Assembly (NCBI GenBank): GCA_045837725.1
Contig: JBEWZL010000202.1
Span: 372,001 to 436,000 of the forward strand
From: Vermamoeba vermiformis
Lineage: Eukaryota
DNA: 64,000 bases
Direction: 5' to 3'
The notes beneath the pieces were generated by a model, which was given only the letters and a program-made list of their open reading frames with translations, was not told the origin of the DNA and did no database searches. The position numbers and the translations under genes were made by a program. This document shows positions 1 through 11,775 of this stretch, in pieces. The first letter of the stretch is position 1. Each line of letters opens with the position of its first letter.

Positions 1-878
1 TGTCAGATCGAGCTTCGCCCAAGAATGCCATAACTTACTCTCCATTTCTTGAGACTTATTGTGCTTCTATCTCGTCGGCATTGGATAAATAGACGATTTT
101 GTCGGCACTTTTATGCCAAAAAAACTATTCTTTGCTTCACACCGAAAGAATAGGATGAATCACAAGGTTCCTCTTCCAGGAACAAGGCCACACGTGACGA
201 CTGACCAATCAAAACAGAGTGCCTCCCGCCCAATTCTGAAGTTTGGAAAAGGAGCTGGCTGACGGCCCCACGATGTCCTCAAACTTGACAATAAGATAGA
301 TATCTTTGCCTCTGTTGCGCACATTTCATAAAATGCCTGTAACAGTTCAAATCAGCATAATGATAAATGGATTGCCTCGAAGAATGAGAAGCAAAGAGCA
401 CAAGCAAAGAGCAACTAAAATCATTAAAAAATAAATATTATGAATGTTTATTTATGATTTATTATTATTAATAATACATTATCGACGATAATATCTTTGA
501 TATAATTATTAATTTAGAAGCATCTATTTCGTGGCTGAGCGTGTGGTAAACGAAAAATCCGTCCGTTGTCCATTATTAATTAAATCATAATAATAATACG
601 CCTAAATATTCTGCTTACCTCTGTTAAATTACTTGTAATATTTACAACGCAGCATTGTAGTCATCGGCAGCACTTTTTCGATCACAAATCTGAAAATACA
701 AGAACCCTATTTTTGAGAGAAGAAGGATATGCGTTCTGTGATATTTCTTAATTTATGGGACTAGCATCGGGACGAAATATAAATTGAAAAAGCCTCGTTG
801 TCATTTTATTTTTTAAGACATGCAACAAGTAGGCAGCAAACCAACTAACGAAGAATATAAGTACAAGTCAGCCTTAAG

Positions 879-1700
879 ATGAACCGCGATACTGTTTTGT
901 ATATGATCAAGAACTTTGTAGACATCAAATCACTTGTTACGGGTTGGATGTCAACGTGCAAGAAATTACGGCGAAAGCTTTTAGAACCAAGCTTCTACAT
1001 CAATGAAAAATTCGTCGAATTAAGAAAAAAATATCCTGTCGTTGATCTATATTTAAAAAGAGACAAAACAAAGCAACTCATCTTCAACCATCCGTTTAAA
1101 TTTTTGTTGGAATGCGAAGAGCTGGAAACAAACACCATTAACAACGCGTGCGAAATGTTAAGACGATTATTTCCGGCCTATGAACATGGCAGCTTGGCAG
1201 GAGTCGACTATTTGCTTCAGACCGCAGAAAGCCAAAAGTTCAAAATGGATGTCAGCGACAACTATGGCCTATTAGTTCCACCTCAATACGCGCAATTTTT
1301 CAGCTTATGTCGCGAATCAAACATCCATCAAGGCGGCCTCCAGTTCATCTTCCCCTCATTTCAACCCTATTGCTGGCGCTACCAAGTATGCGAAGGCCTA
1401 ATGAAATTCGCTAACTGGTCCGATTGCGGATCTGACGGTGCATCGTACTTCTTCTTAATATGCGATATTCATAGCCCTTGGTACGGTCGTCTCATCTACT
1501 ATACGTACCGCCGCGACGGCAATTTCCACGTGCTACCACAACACTGGTCGTTCAATGACTTTTTGCAGCTCCTCGTTGACAACGAACAAGCCACGAAAAT
1601 GCACGTGTTTGGCGCGGTGAAGGTAGAGACCGGCGATGATACTCGAGACATTATTCAACAACCAATCGGACACTTTTGGGAAGAACCATGGCACTTTTAA
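879..1700 (+). CDS. Intronless protein with a degenerate N-terminal F-box-like segment and a C-terminal SMI1/KNR4 (SUKH)-like domain
   Basis: 273-aa ORF. The N-terminus (TVLYMIKNFVDIKSLVTGWMSTCKKLR) resembles an F-box. VPPQYAQFF...SYFFLICDIHSPWYGRLIYY...HWSFNDFLQLL resembles the SUKH pattern (LPxxYxxF...xLxCDxxxxxxGxV...SFxxFL). Confidence 0.5.
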   Translation: MNRDTVLYMIKNFVDIKSLVTGWMSTCKKLRRKLLEPSFYINEKFVELRKKYPVVDLYLKRDKTKQLIFNHPFKFLLECEELETNTINNACEMLRRLFPAYEHGSLAGVDYLLQTAESQKFKMDVSDNYGLLVPPQYAQFFSLCRESNIHQGGLQFIFPSFQPYCWRYQVCEGLMKFANWSDCGSDGASYFFLICDIHSPWYGRLIYYTYRRDGNFHVLPQHWSFNDFLQLLVDNEQATKMHVFGAVKVETGDDTRDIIQQPIGHFWEEPWHF

Positions 1701-1790
1701 TCACGGCTACTACATGGTAGTGAGATCGTTATTAAAATTAAATAAAAACTTCCTTTAAAATTCGACTATTTAACGCACGTTTTTTAAATC

Positions 1791-3253
1791 TTACTCGTCT
1801 CTATCATTTGCAAATAATTCACTAAGTGACTCGACTTTTTCAACTCCGAATATATCATAGCTATTAACGTCGAATTTGAACGGCTTACTGCCAAAGTTGA
1901 ACTCGATGACTGCAATAATACAACGTCAGTCACTATGAAGTCTAATCAGCAAAGTTATTATTACAACGCACCTGCTTCTTGTCGTGCGGCAACGACCGGA
2001 TGAAGGCTGTCAATAGAAGTCCAAGTCCTGTTAAAACGGATTTCATGGTAACACTTTCCGTTGACCGTGAATGCAATCTTCTTCGTTGCGAAATTGATCA
2101 AGCAGCCAACCTTAAGTAGAGTTAGTCCTACAATGATGCAATTGAAAAGAGGACTGTACCGTTGCCGTGCTTGTTCTGTACAACCATGCCGGTCCGTACG
2201 CAACTCCTGACAATGAATGCTCAAAAACTCTGCGAAAAAGTTAAAATAACGTAAACCGATAAGTCATGATTTTGACTTACTTTCCATCATCTCCATGAAA
2301 ACCAAACCACATGCAATTGGCTGTCCATCCTATAGCTCTTTCGTTGATGATTTTTCCGCTAATAGATGCGTTAGTTGAAAATTATGACACGTGACCACGT
2401 GATCCTAAACACTTACTCTTCCGTTAGTCCAAAGTTGACAAAACCTCGATCATTCTGTTGTCCTGTGACTGTAATCTCGTAGTATCCGAGATGGTTACGA
2501 TATAAAGGTTTGAGTGGCCGTTCGGCAGCGACGGCGTTAGAAAAAAAAATTAAGGAAAAATAGTAGAGATTTAGTCCACCTTGGTTAACTATAATATTTC
2601 TTAGTAAGGATATTTTATAATCGCGCGAATATCCTTGGCAATGTTTGCTATCTGCTGTAATCTTGTTGGTCAAATAATCGATCTTCAATTGAATACCGTA
2701 GTCTGCCGGCTGCAAAGAGAATAAGTCAATAGTTATACAGCGCAAAGGCTATAATCAAATTTCCACTAACGTTCACTGAACGAATCTTTCATGAAAGGAT
2801 ACGACACCTACTTTCTCAGCAGGTTCCTGCAGTCTGTTGTTGCAATGCAAGCGACAAAGTTGTGCCCAGTCTACTTTAGTTTCAGGATTGATGTGCTCAT
2901 TTGCCTCGTAGTCATTGAAATAGACAGAGCGGTAAAGATCCGGCATTGGATTGCAGACGAGATATTGCTGATACCTTTTACTCGTGCTTCCAAATCTACA
3001 AATTAGAGAGTAAAAATTACAGACCATTTCCTGAGGTGCGTACGAGCTGTCCCATTAAAGGTGGAATAAAATTATTTTAATTAATTTTAATTGATTTTAC
3101 CGAGTCAAGTTAACTAAAATAAGTGCGACTCGCGAAACGAACTAACAGCATTACGTACCTCATTAGAGATTTAATATCCAAGCGCCTGCCAATTTCCAAA
3201 ATTACATCCAAAGGAACAAAGTCTACAGAGCTCAGAATTGGTTGTAACTCCAT
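1791..3253 (-). CDS. F-box + SPRY (RanBP9/SSH4-like) protein, paralogue A, multi-exon
   Basis: ATG at 3253 (MELQPILSSVDFVPLDVILEIGRRLDIKSLMR, F-box). SPRY motifs YYEITV, NFGLT, CGLVFMEMM region equivalent to CGFHGDDG in the coding frame, VGCLINF..IAFTVNG, LHPVV, IEFNFGSKPFKFD. Stop TAA at 1791-1793. Confidence 0.75.
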
Positions 3254-3496
3254 CGTTTAACTCCTTTTATGGTCTGATAGGTGCTAAATTTCTTTTTATT
3301 TAGCTTTCTATTCTGTATCACGGTAAAGAATTAAAAACAAATTTTTCTTATTCTTCATTAAACAAAGAATACTTTACCCCACGATTCGGTACTAAATGTG
3401 CTCAATAATCTAGTATCTTCGATTTGAATGCCATTTATTAATTGATTGAACAACGGTATTAAATTCTTGATCTGTACAAGTGTCAATAATTCACAT

Positions 3497-3920
3497 TTAA
3501 TCCTCAGTATTGTAATGTGTTTCGTTGCCAAACAATGCTCGAGTTTGTGCACTAATAGCCCAATGCCCGGCTTCAGCCACGCTTCGCTTTTCTCCGTTCT
3601 TGCCTTTGGTAGTTGCAGTGTGTCGTTTGCTCGGATGATAATAGCACGACACTACTTGACCTTTATATGACCCCCATTGGCCGTCCAGCGAAGACAAGTA
3701 CCACGCTCCTGGATGCGGCTGCGACGTAACGACGGATCCTGCGCCCAAATTGTCGATGAATGCTTGACCGAGCTCAGCTACGAGCTCAGCTACGACTGGT
3801 AATGCTTGTTTCGCCATTATTGAACTTTGGGTGTTGTTGCTTCTTCTCTCGGGGTTGCTAAAAGAATAGCGATCCTCAAAGCAGACAGGCAAAAGAATTT
3901 ATTTGTTACGAAATTTCCAT
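3497..3920 (-). CDS. Lactococcin 972 family bacteriocin-like protein (106 aa from ATG 3817, or 123 aa from ATG 3920 with a 52-nt intron at 3858-3909)
   Basis: GQWGSYKGQVVSCYYHPSKRHTATTKGKNGEKRSVAEAGHWAISAQTRALFGNETHYN matches the Lcn972 family pattern (SxYYHxxxxHxxT-xG...SxAxAGxWA...GNxxxYN). The predicted GTAAC...TTTTAG intron splices in frame to an upstream ATG. Confidence 0.75.
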
Positions 3921-4032
3921 GTTGTTGATAAAGAATACAACGAACTTTCTAATAAAGAATTAAAAAATGGCCATTATGTTGAATTGAACAATCTGACGTA
4001 CCAAGTTTACGCACCATTCACCTCTGAGGCAT

Positions 4033-5522
4033 CTACTCGTCCGTCGCCAGCACTCCGATTGAATCCACTGCGTCGGATCTGAACAGATCGTATTGTTTCA
4101 AATCGTATTTGAACGGCTGACTACCAAAATTACACTCGATAACTAACGATATTTTAATTGAATTGCAGAACTAATGGCACGGTCAATCCTAACGTACCAA
4201 CATTTTCTCTGGTTCCAACTACTGGGTGTAGTCTACGAACTAGATCTGCGGACAAATTCAACTTAAGTTCATCGTAGCATTGACCGTTGACTGTGAACGC
4301 GATTCTGTTGTTCGTGAAGTTGATCAGGCACCCAACCTCCAGAGGCATTAGTTATCGCTGTGTACCAATGAACTGGCTTACCGTAGCTTTGTGTCGCAGT
4401 TGTAACCACCTTGGACCGTATTTACGTCCCGCTGAATACACTACAGGATCATAAATGCTGCAAATAAAGCAACAGATGAGCTATTATCAAAGATACTATT
4501 GCTTACTCTCCGTCGTCTCCGTGATAGCCGATCCACGTGTGCTTGGCAGTCCAGCCAATCGCTTGGCCCTTCAGTACAATTCCACTAAAATAAATTATTA
4601 TTCGGTGCTATAGTGCGTAAAGAACATTCAGCACTTACTCTTCGGTAAGTCCGATGTGAGCATAGCCCTCGTTATCGAAATCTGCTGTGACTGTAATCTC
4701 AAAGTAGCCTATGGTACCGCCACGAAACAATGGTCTTAAAGGAAGTTCAGCTGCTACAGTGTAATCAGCAGTTAAAGAAAAAAATTTGGTGGATCTCCAC
4801 CTGTAGGCGAGAGAACCAACCACGATAAGAGTGGCCAGTAAATGATACGTAATATGCAAAAACATTTCTTGAAAAGGATATCATAATCTCGCTGGTATCG
4901 CCTCGACCGTAGTGGTTCTCGTAAGTCACCTTGTTGGTCAAATAATCGATGGCAAAGTTAAGACTAGAAGTCGAAACCTGTCCCATCGGAAGTGAGTTAT
5001 ATACCGTGTAAAGCAATATATTCGACCGTTCAGTGAACGCCCGGTTCACTGAAAGCATCTACTGCAGTAAGTACTCACGTGTTCGTAACTAGGCTCTTTA
5101 AATCGGTTATAGCAATGCGTTCGACAAAGTTGCCAATCGACATTGGAATCGTTGATGCGTTTGTGATTGCCATATTGATTAGAATAAATAGCGCGGCAAA
5201 GGTCGTTGTTTTGGTGATCCAGTAACTTTCGGTAGTTCTTGTTAGTGCTTGCAAACCTAATTTATAAAATTACCCACTGATGCAAGATCGGCTTGTCTAG
5301 TGGACAGCGTGTTCACAAAACGACAAGAAGCCAACTAAAATTTAAATCGATTTTTATAAATTTAAATTTGGTCTAAATCCTCAACGAGAGTCAAATTAAT
5401 TAATAATGAAGAAATATTATTGATACAATTGTTTACCTCGTAATTGATTTGATATCCAAGCGTTTTCCAATCTCTACCAGTACATTCAAAGGAACTGCTT
5501 CCAAAGCGCTACACGCTTCCAT
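4033..5522 (-). CDS. F-box + SPRY protein, paralogue B, multi-exon
   Basis: ATG at 5522 (MEACSALEAVPLNVLVEIGKRLDIKSITR). Motifs GYFEITV, HIGLT, CGSAITETT region equivalent to CGYHGDDG, VGCLINF..IAFTVNG, LHPVVG, IECNFGSQPFKYD. Stop TAG at 4033-4035. Intron positions match paralogues A and C. Confidence 0.75.
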
Positions 5523-5660
5523 CCGTTAAACTTCTTGGTTTAATAAATTATGCTCTATAGTAGTCAGTCTTGAGAAAAATTAATTTTTACTTATTTTGTC
5601 GATTCAGAAAATTTGTACGAAATAATTAAAAAATTCAGTAACAAAAAGGACAACATTTTA

Positions 5661-6909
5661 TCATTGGCTAACGCGGAGGAGACGACCATTTCGTTTGTTC
5701 AAGTCGAATTTGAACGGCTGACTGCCAAAGTTAAACTCGATGACTGCAACAAAGAATGTAAATTTCATTCCTCCTGCATCGGTATTAACCTTTATCCTCG
5801 GATAACGTACCAGAATTTTCTCTTGTTCCGATGACTGGATGAAGTCTACGAACCAGATCCGCAGACAAGCCGAAGTTAAGTGCGTTGTAGCACTGCCCGT
5901 TAACTGTAAATGCAATCTTCGCGGTAGTGAAGTCGAGTAAACAGCCAACCTAACACGTTCAATTAGTATTCGCTCAATTAACGAACTGCAGATGAAATGT
6001 CCGTAGCATACAGTAACTTTGGACTGCAAGTATAGCCATTGTGGACCGTATGAAGTCCCACTGAATGAATGCGTTTTTGAATCAAAAGCCCTGATTAGTA
6101 AGTTTTGTTAGTCGTCGCAATTCTAGACTAGGAAATTTCCGCAAAGGTAAGCTCGATCGACCGCCGCTTGTGCTCACCTCCCATCGTCACCATGATAACC
6201 GATCCACATATGGTCGGCGTGCCAACCAACAGCTCGGGAATTCACAGCTATTCCGCTAAAGTAACTGTTAAATACTGCTATGGCAAGTGAATCACGTGAT
6301 CAGAAAGACGTACTTCTCGCTGAGACCAAAATTGACGTAGCCTCCGTTATCTTCCGCCGCGGTGACTGTAATCTCGTAGTAGCCTACAGTGCCGTCACAA
6401 AACAACGGTAGCAACGGAAATTCAGCTGCTATGGTGTATTCAAAGTTAAGGAAAATAAAGTTGGATCCGAGACATAGATTTGAGCTTAATGTAATCAAGT
6501 ATAAATAAATATTAAACGCTAAAATGATATTCTATAGTCTGTTCCTCGGCCAAGTTGGGTATAATAAGTCACCTTATTGGTGAGGTAATCGATGGTCAGC
6601 TCACCAATCTTCGAAGGAGAAACCTTCCAGAACGGTTAGCTTAAGGCCAATTAAAAGTGTGTATTCAGTGAACGGCGTATTCAGTGAACGAAAGTTTAAG
6701 TTTAACTTACGTCTTCTAGTGACGGCTCCTTTAATCGGTTGTAACAATGGGCACGACAAAGCTGAGCCCAATTAACTTTTAAATCATCGTTGATGTGTTT
6801 GTTGCTGTCATATTGATAAAAATAGATGGTGCGGTAAAGGTCTGTGTTCTGTGGGTTGCTGATCAAGAACTTTCTGTAATTCTTCGCAGTACCTCCGAAC
6901 CTAAAAAAA

Positions 6910-6940
<31 letters not shown>

Positions 6941-7174
6941 GAAATATCTCTAGTAATGATATTTAATGGCTCTAAACAAAACATGTTTGGTTTTGGAATT
7001 GAATTCTGAATTACGCAAAAATCCAAAGTTCGGTCACTAATGATGCCACTATATTTCTGCGGTGTAAATATGGATTACTTACCTCGTTATTGATTTAATA
7101 TCCAAGTGCTTGCCTATTTCAGAAATTACATCTAAAGGGACGGCTTCAAGCGAAGTACGTGATTGTATTTCCAT
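5661..7174 (-). CDS. F-box + SPRY protein, paralogue C, multi-exon
   Basis: ATG at 7174 (MEIQSRTSLEAVPLDVISEIGKHLDIKSITR). Motifs GYYEITV, NFGLSE, CGSVIMVTM region equivalent to CGYHGDDG, IEFNFGSQPFKFD. Stop at 5661. Confidence 0.75.
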
Positions 7175-7360
7175 TCCTTCAAGCTGCTTTCTTGGTTTAA
7201 TCTGTTTGTAAATAAAATTTACCAGTGTGGCCTTGCTTTAAAGCGAATAGAAAATTGAGGCCAGTCGTCCGCAATTTCATCTGAACACAAACACGCCTCG
7301 CATACTTTTGCGAACGACAAATACAGTAATTTTGGCTTCTTTAGAACGGAACAAATACAA

Positions 7361-9558
7361 ATGAGTCGTAAAGCTGTATTGCCAGACATAGTATGCTTCA
7401 TTTCAAGAGATCAAAACAAATCTAGCATTACCCAAATTGCTCCCTTATATTTATCGCCGAAATATTATTTTTAATTATTGTCTGTAGGATACATCTCAAC
7501 CTGACGTGTTTGAAACGGATGTAGGCGTTGACGAGACTCCACAACAAACTTCAGTTGCTGACGAATTTAAAAAGGTAATTAAATCAGAAATAATCGTTAT
7601 TAGTATATTCTATTAATTAGGCACGCAGCTTGTCATTAATTGTGTTGATATGATTTAATAATCAATTTTGATATTTTTCAGCGAGATCACGAGGGCAACA
7701 AAGAAGGACCAATTGACAATTCTAGCGTTAAATTGAACCAAGCATTTGAGAAATTTAATGGCAAAAAATTCGAAGTTGGAGCAAAAGGTAAATTATCGCT
7801 GGATCAAAAAAAAGATTATTAATATTATTAAATTTCAATTAATGACAATCAGCTTGTATATAATTTGCTAAAATTGATATATTTACAATCATTTTATCCG
7901 AAATTAATTGAAGCTTCAATTTAATTTGGAACTAACCGAGGTCTAAATTTCTTTGGTTAGATGCGTATGGCCGATTAGCGCGTCGCTCAGAATATGAAAT
8001 ACTTGCAAAGAACAATAAACTCAAAGCAGTCGATGGGGAGCCAGAAGAAACGCCGTTCCAAAAATATCAACGATTGCAAGTCGAAGTCAGCCACTTAGTC
8101 AAAGAAATTAATGACCTCGCTGTCATCGAAGAAAACGTACGCTTATATTTATTTATTTATATTATAACCATAGTATTATATTTGCAATAGAAGTATTTGC
8201 AAATTCTTTTTTTGGTCGGATCTAATCGTTCTATTTCGTTTTCTGTCTACGATGAAAACTAAAACTAATTATTTCCTTTTTTAGAAAAAGAAGCAAAATC
8301 CAACAGTCGCGTTCAGTGCCTACGACGATATCGACTTAAAAGAAGTGACCGATAAATTGCAAGGCCTGCAAGGACAACTGAACGAGTTACAATCGAAAGA
8401 AAGTGCACAATTATTTATCAATCCCAATTACGAGCTCGAAAAAACATTGAAAGTCAAATCTCAAGACGAAATTACCAAAAAAATTTTGCACCAAGTCAGA
8501 AACGCATCCGCTACTGAGACCAAACAAACTTCTAGCACCTCTAGTGATAAAAGCGTAAGTATATATTATGTCTTCTATGGACTAACGCTATTTTCTACAA
8601 TTTCTTTTGCCTAAACTTTAACAAACTGGATCCAAATCCGGATCGTTACAAATTCTTTTGTCTTTCTTCGTTAGTTTGTTTTATATCGTGTACTTATATC
8701 ACTTATTGCATAGGTTGTATATGAACTGTATTATTCGCCCGAGCAAACCAAGCAAGAACAGCTCGCGAAGATTGCTGAAATGGAGAAGAGAATTCATCAA
8801 GTAGAAAGTTTATTGGGCAATAAAGTCATTATGGTAAGTCTACTCGAGACCCAGTCGTTATTGCCAAATTATGAAATAACCACGTGACTTTCAATCAGCC
8901 CGGCAACTCTGCCGAAGACATCGTGTCAGTGGTCTTGGATCTCAAACGCAAATTGTCACTGCTCAGCGACGATAGCTTTAGCAACATTAGCACGAAGGCA
9001 CAAGCTGCTTCAAAAGAATTAGACGTTGTGTTGCAAAAACAGAACAGCGCATCTGCTGTCAGTTCGGACGATCTCAAAAAGGTAAAAAATCCTCCTCACA
9101 AACACTATTAATAACAACACTTGCACCTTATTATCATGGTTATTATACAATAGTGTCTATAGTTAATTATAATCGATTTTAATGAATTTTGTGTTGCAGA
9201 TCAACGAGCTTCATTCGCTGGTTTCAGGAGTCGATGCAGCCATTGAAGAATTGCCTATTATAGTCAATAGATTGACTGCATTGAAAACTTTGCACGAAGA
9301 AAGTGCAGTTATTAATCAGAACTTGCAGCGAGTGGATCAAGAACAGTTCGAGATCTCAAACTTGCTCAAGGCTCATAACACAACTCTTGCTCAAGTATGT
9401 AATGATATTTCTGTATTAATTATATAGATTATATCTAATGTTGCTATTTATAGGTCGAAGAGAACTTTGCCAAAAACATGACAACGATCCAAAACAATTT
9501 TAATTTGATTGACAAACGAATTGCTGATTTGCAAGCTAAGATGGAAAAGCTGAAATAA
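7361..9558 (+). CDS. DCTN2: Dynactin subunit 2 (dynamitin/p50), multi-exon
   Basis: Spliced MSRKAVLPDI|DTSQPDVFETD, ETPFQKYQRL, VYELYYSPE..AKIAEMEKRI, LPIIVNRLTALKTLHEE and a C-terminal coiled coil are characteristic of dynamitin. Confidence 0.85.
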
Positions 9559-9710
9559 TAATATTATTAATTCCATTAAAATATTGTACTCGATGTCGTA
9601 AGAGACATAAAGCTTCGATCCTTGATCTCCTTTTCGAATCCGTTACGTCTCAACACGCAGTTGCTTTTTTGAAATTTATTGAAGCAACAATATTACTATT
9701 TTGTTATAGC

Positions 9711-11428
9711 TTATTTATCTTGAGGTTTGTCGCTTGCTTTTTCTTTCTTCGCATCTCCTTCGCTCTTCTTCAGTTCCCTGAATCCGTTGAATTGTCTCTG
9801 GAAACTTCTAGCAACATCTTCAACGTCATCTATACTATCACCTTCAACATTGACTTTAACTCTGTATCCTGCATTAGCATCCATCGTCGGGTACGATCCA
9901 ATGCGGCAGTCAGGGAATTTATTTTGAATGTTTGTCAAGAACTCGGCAATTTCTGCGGGCAAAAAATATTCGTTAATAACGCTGTTATTTACATCGAGCA
10001 TTATTTTAGCGTTTACGTACCTCCTTCAGGGAAGTTAGTGTAGACAACTGCACGAGCCTTCTGAGGCAAAACAGGGAACAACGTGCCACTGTTGTTTAAC
10101 ATTTGCTATAATAGGGTCATATTAGTATATTGCTCGTTAGTACGCGATTAAGTGGAATGCTAAATCTGGGGCAGACAATTGGAAAAATGATCGATTGACA
10201 CGTGTCACTTTTGACACATAGAACGATTGTCTAAATTAAGAAATAGAGACAACAGTGGTATACCTTGAACATAGACGGCACTCCTGGGAAAATATACACG
10301 TTTTCGATGTTGACGAGTGGCACCCAAGACTTCGGATCGAAGGGATAGGTGACGTTGGACTTAGCTGGGATCAACGCCATTCGTTTGCGAGCCTCATTCA
10401 ATTCCTCCTTACTGTTGTATATACATCGTATTAATGCGTATATTCCTTAGTATAAGAGCTCTGCACGACGTACCGTTGAGCATAAAATTCTTTCATTTTT
10501 TCTAATGTTTGTTCGTGGAACTCCAATTCACGTCCAAATGCCTTAGCGACGGCCTATTATTCACATTAGATCTATTGTTCGTATATTCGATGATAGTTAA
10601 CATCAAGCAAATTCATTCAGTGAACGAGCGGATCTCGAATGTTTTCAACCACGTATTTCACGTGACTGTAATTATAATACTTACTGGGTACGTGATATCA
10701 TCGTGAGTGGGGCCTAAAAATATAGCATTAATAATGGAATGCGTAAGTTATGCATTTGAAATTGAGTAAAAATTGTTTCACGGATGGTGCGCTTGATCCG
10801 CATGAACTTACCAATGCCTCCAGATGTAAATACAAACTCGTGATTAGGTGATAACTTCTTAATACTTTCAACAATAACATCCTCCTACGTACAAAGAATA
10901 ATTAGAATTTTACCGGTAATATCTGGAGGTTCTTCTAATGCAAATAATCAGCCAATATTATGTAAATATTATTCACGTAATATTATTTGGTATTTTCATA
11001 TCTAATACGAGTTTAGTGTCGTAGTCCCGCGTGACTTCACAAGATCAAAAATGAAAAAATTGTAAATAAATTACTTCAAATTACCAAGGCATTTAAAATA
11101 TTATAGAATATTGGCTTAGCCGTTATGTATTAATTGTATAAATACTGACCTTGTCAGGGACGATCTCTACTTTATCAAACTCGATCCCTCTTGCGAACAA
11201 AAACTTTGCTAGTTCAGTCGTATTTACATCAGCAACTGTTCCGTTCAATATTTCGTCTCCTATAATAAGCGCCGCTGCTCTTGGTCGCTTTACGCTGGCG
11301 TACTTTCTTGACGCAGATTTGGTCACGAACAAGGCTGACAATAGATCTGTCTTGTTTGATTTCTTAGTGGAAGCCACAATCTTCTTAGCAACAGAAGAGC
11401 TCGATCCTTTAGTGAATAATCGATACAT
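9711..11428 (-). CDS. Molybdopterin-binding (MoCF_biosynth/CinA-like; FAD synthase MPTb-type) domain protein with a likely mitochondrial presequence
   Basis: Motifs AAALIIGDEILNG..DVN, VFTSGGIGPTHDDITY and NVYIFPGVP. Basic, Ser-rich N-terminus. No PAPS-reductase (FAD synthase) domain seen. Confidence 0.8.
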
Positions 11429-11775
11429 TGTGGTTGTTGGTGTTGGTGTACGATCGCACAAAAAATAAAATAATCTGGCGAAATGCGGACGATTCGCTTG
11501 CTTGTTTATGGTACCTACCTTCTAAACACTATATTCAATAATCATAACCTGACACACACCAATCAGTGATTGTTGTGCACAGGAAAATTTATTAGATCGT
11601 GATCTGAAATACGAGAATTCTACTGCTTACAAGGCCATTAGTTAGGTGTCGAACCTTATCATTATTTATCAATGATTCAGGTGTTCACAAAGCAGCACTC
11701 CGGTGAGTATTAAAATTGGAGAAACAAAAAAATCAGGTTGTTTTTTTCGACGAAGAGCGAGCAACAAGCCACACA

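Noticed and set aside
1-425. Possible minus-strand gene start (MILVALCLCSLLLIL...)
   Set aside because: Early in-frame stop and no consistent exon model within the window.
6910-6939. (TTA)n microsatellite
   Set aside because: Ordinary intronic simple repeat.
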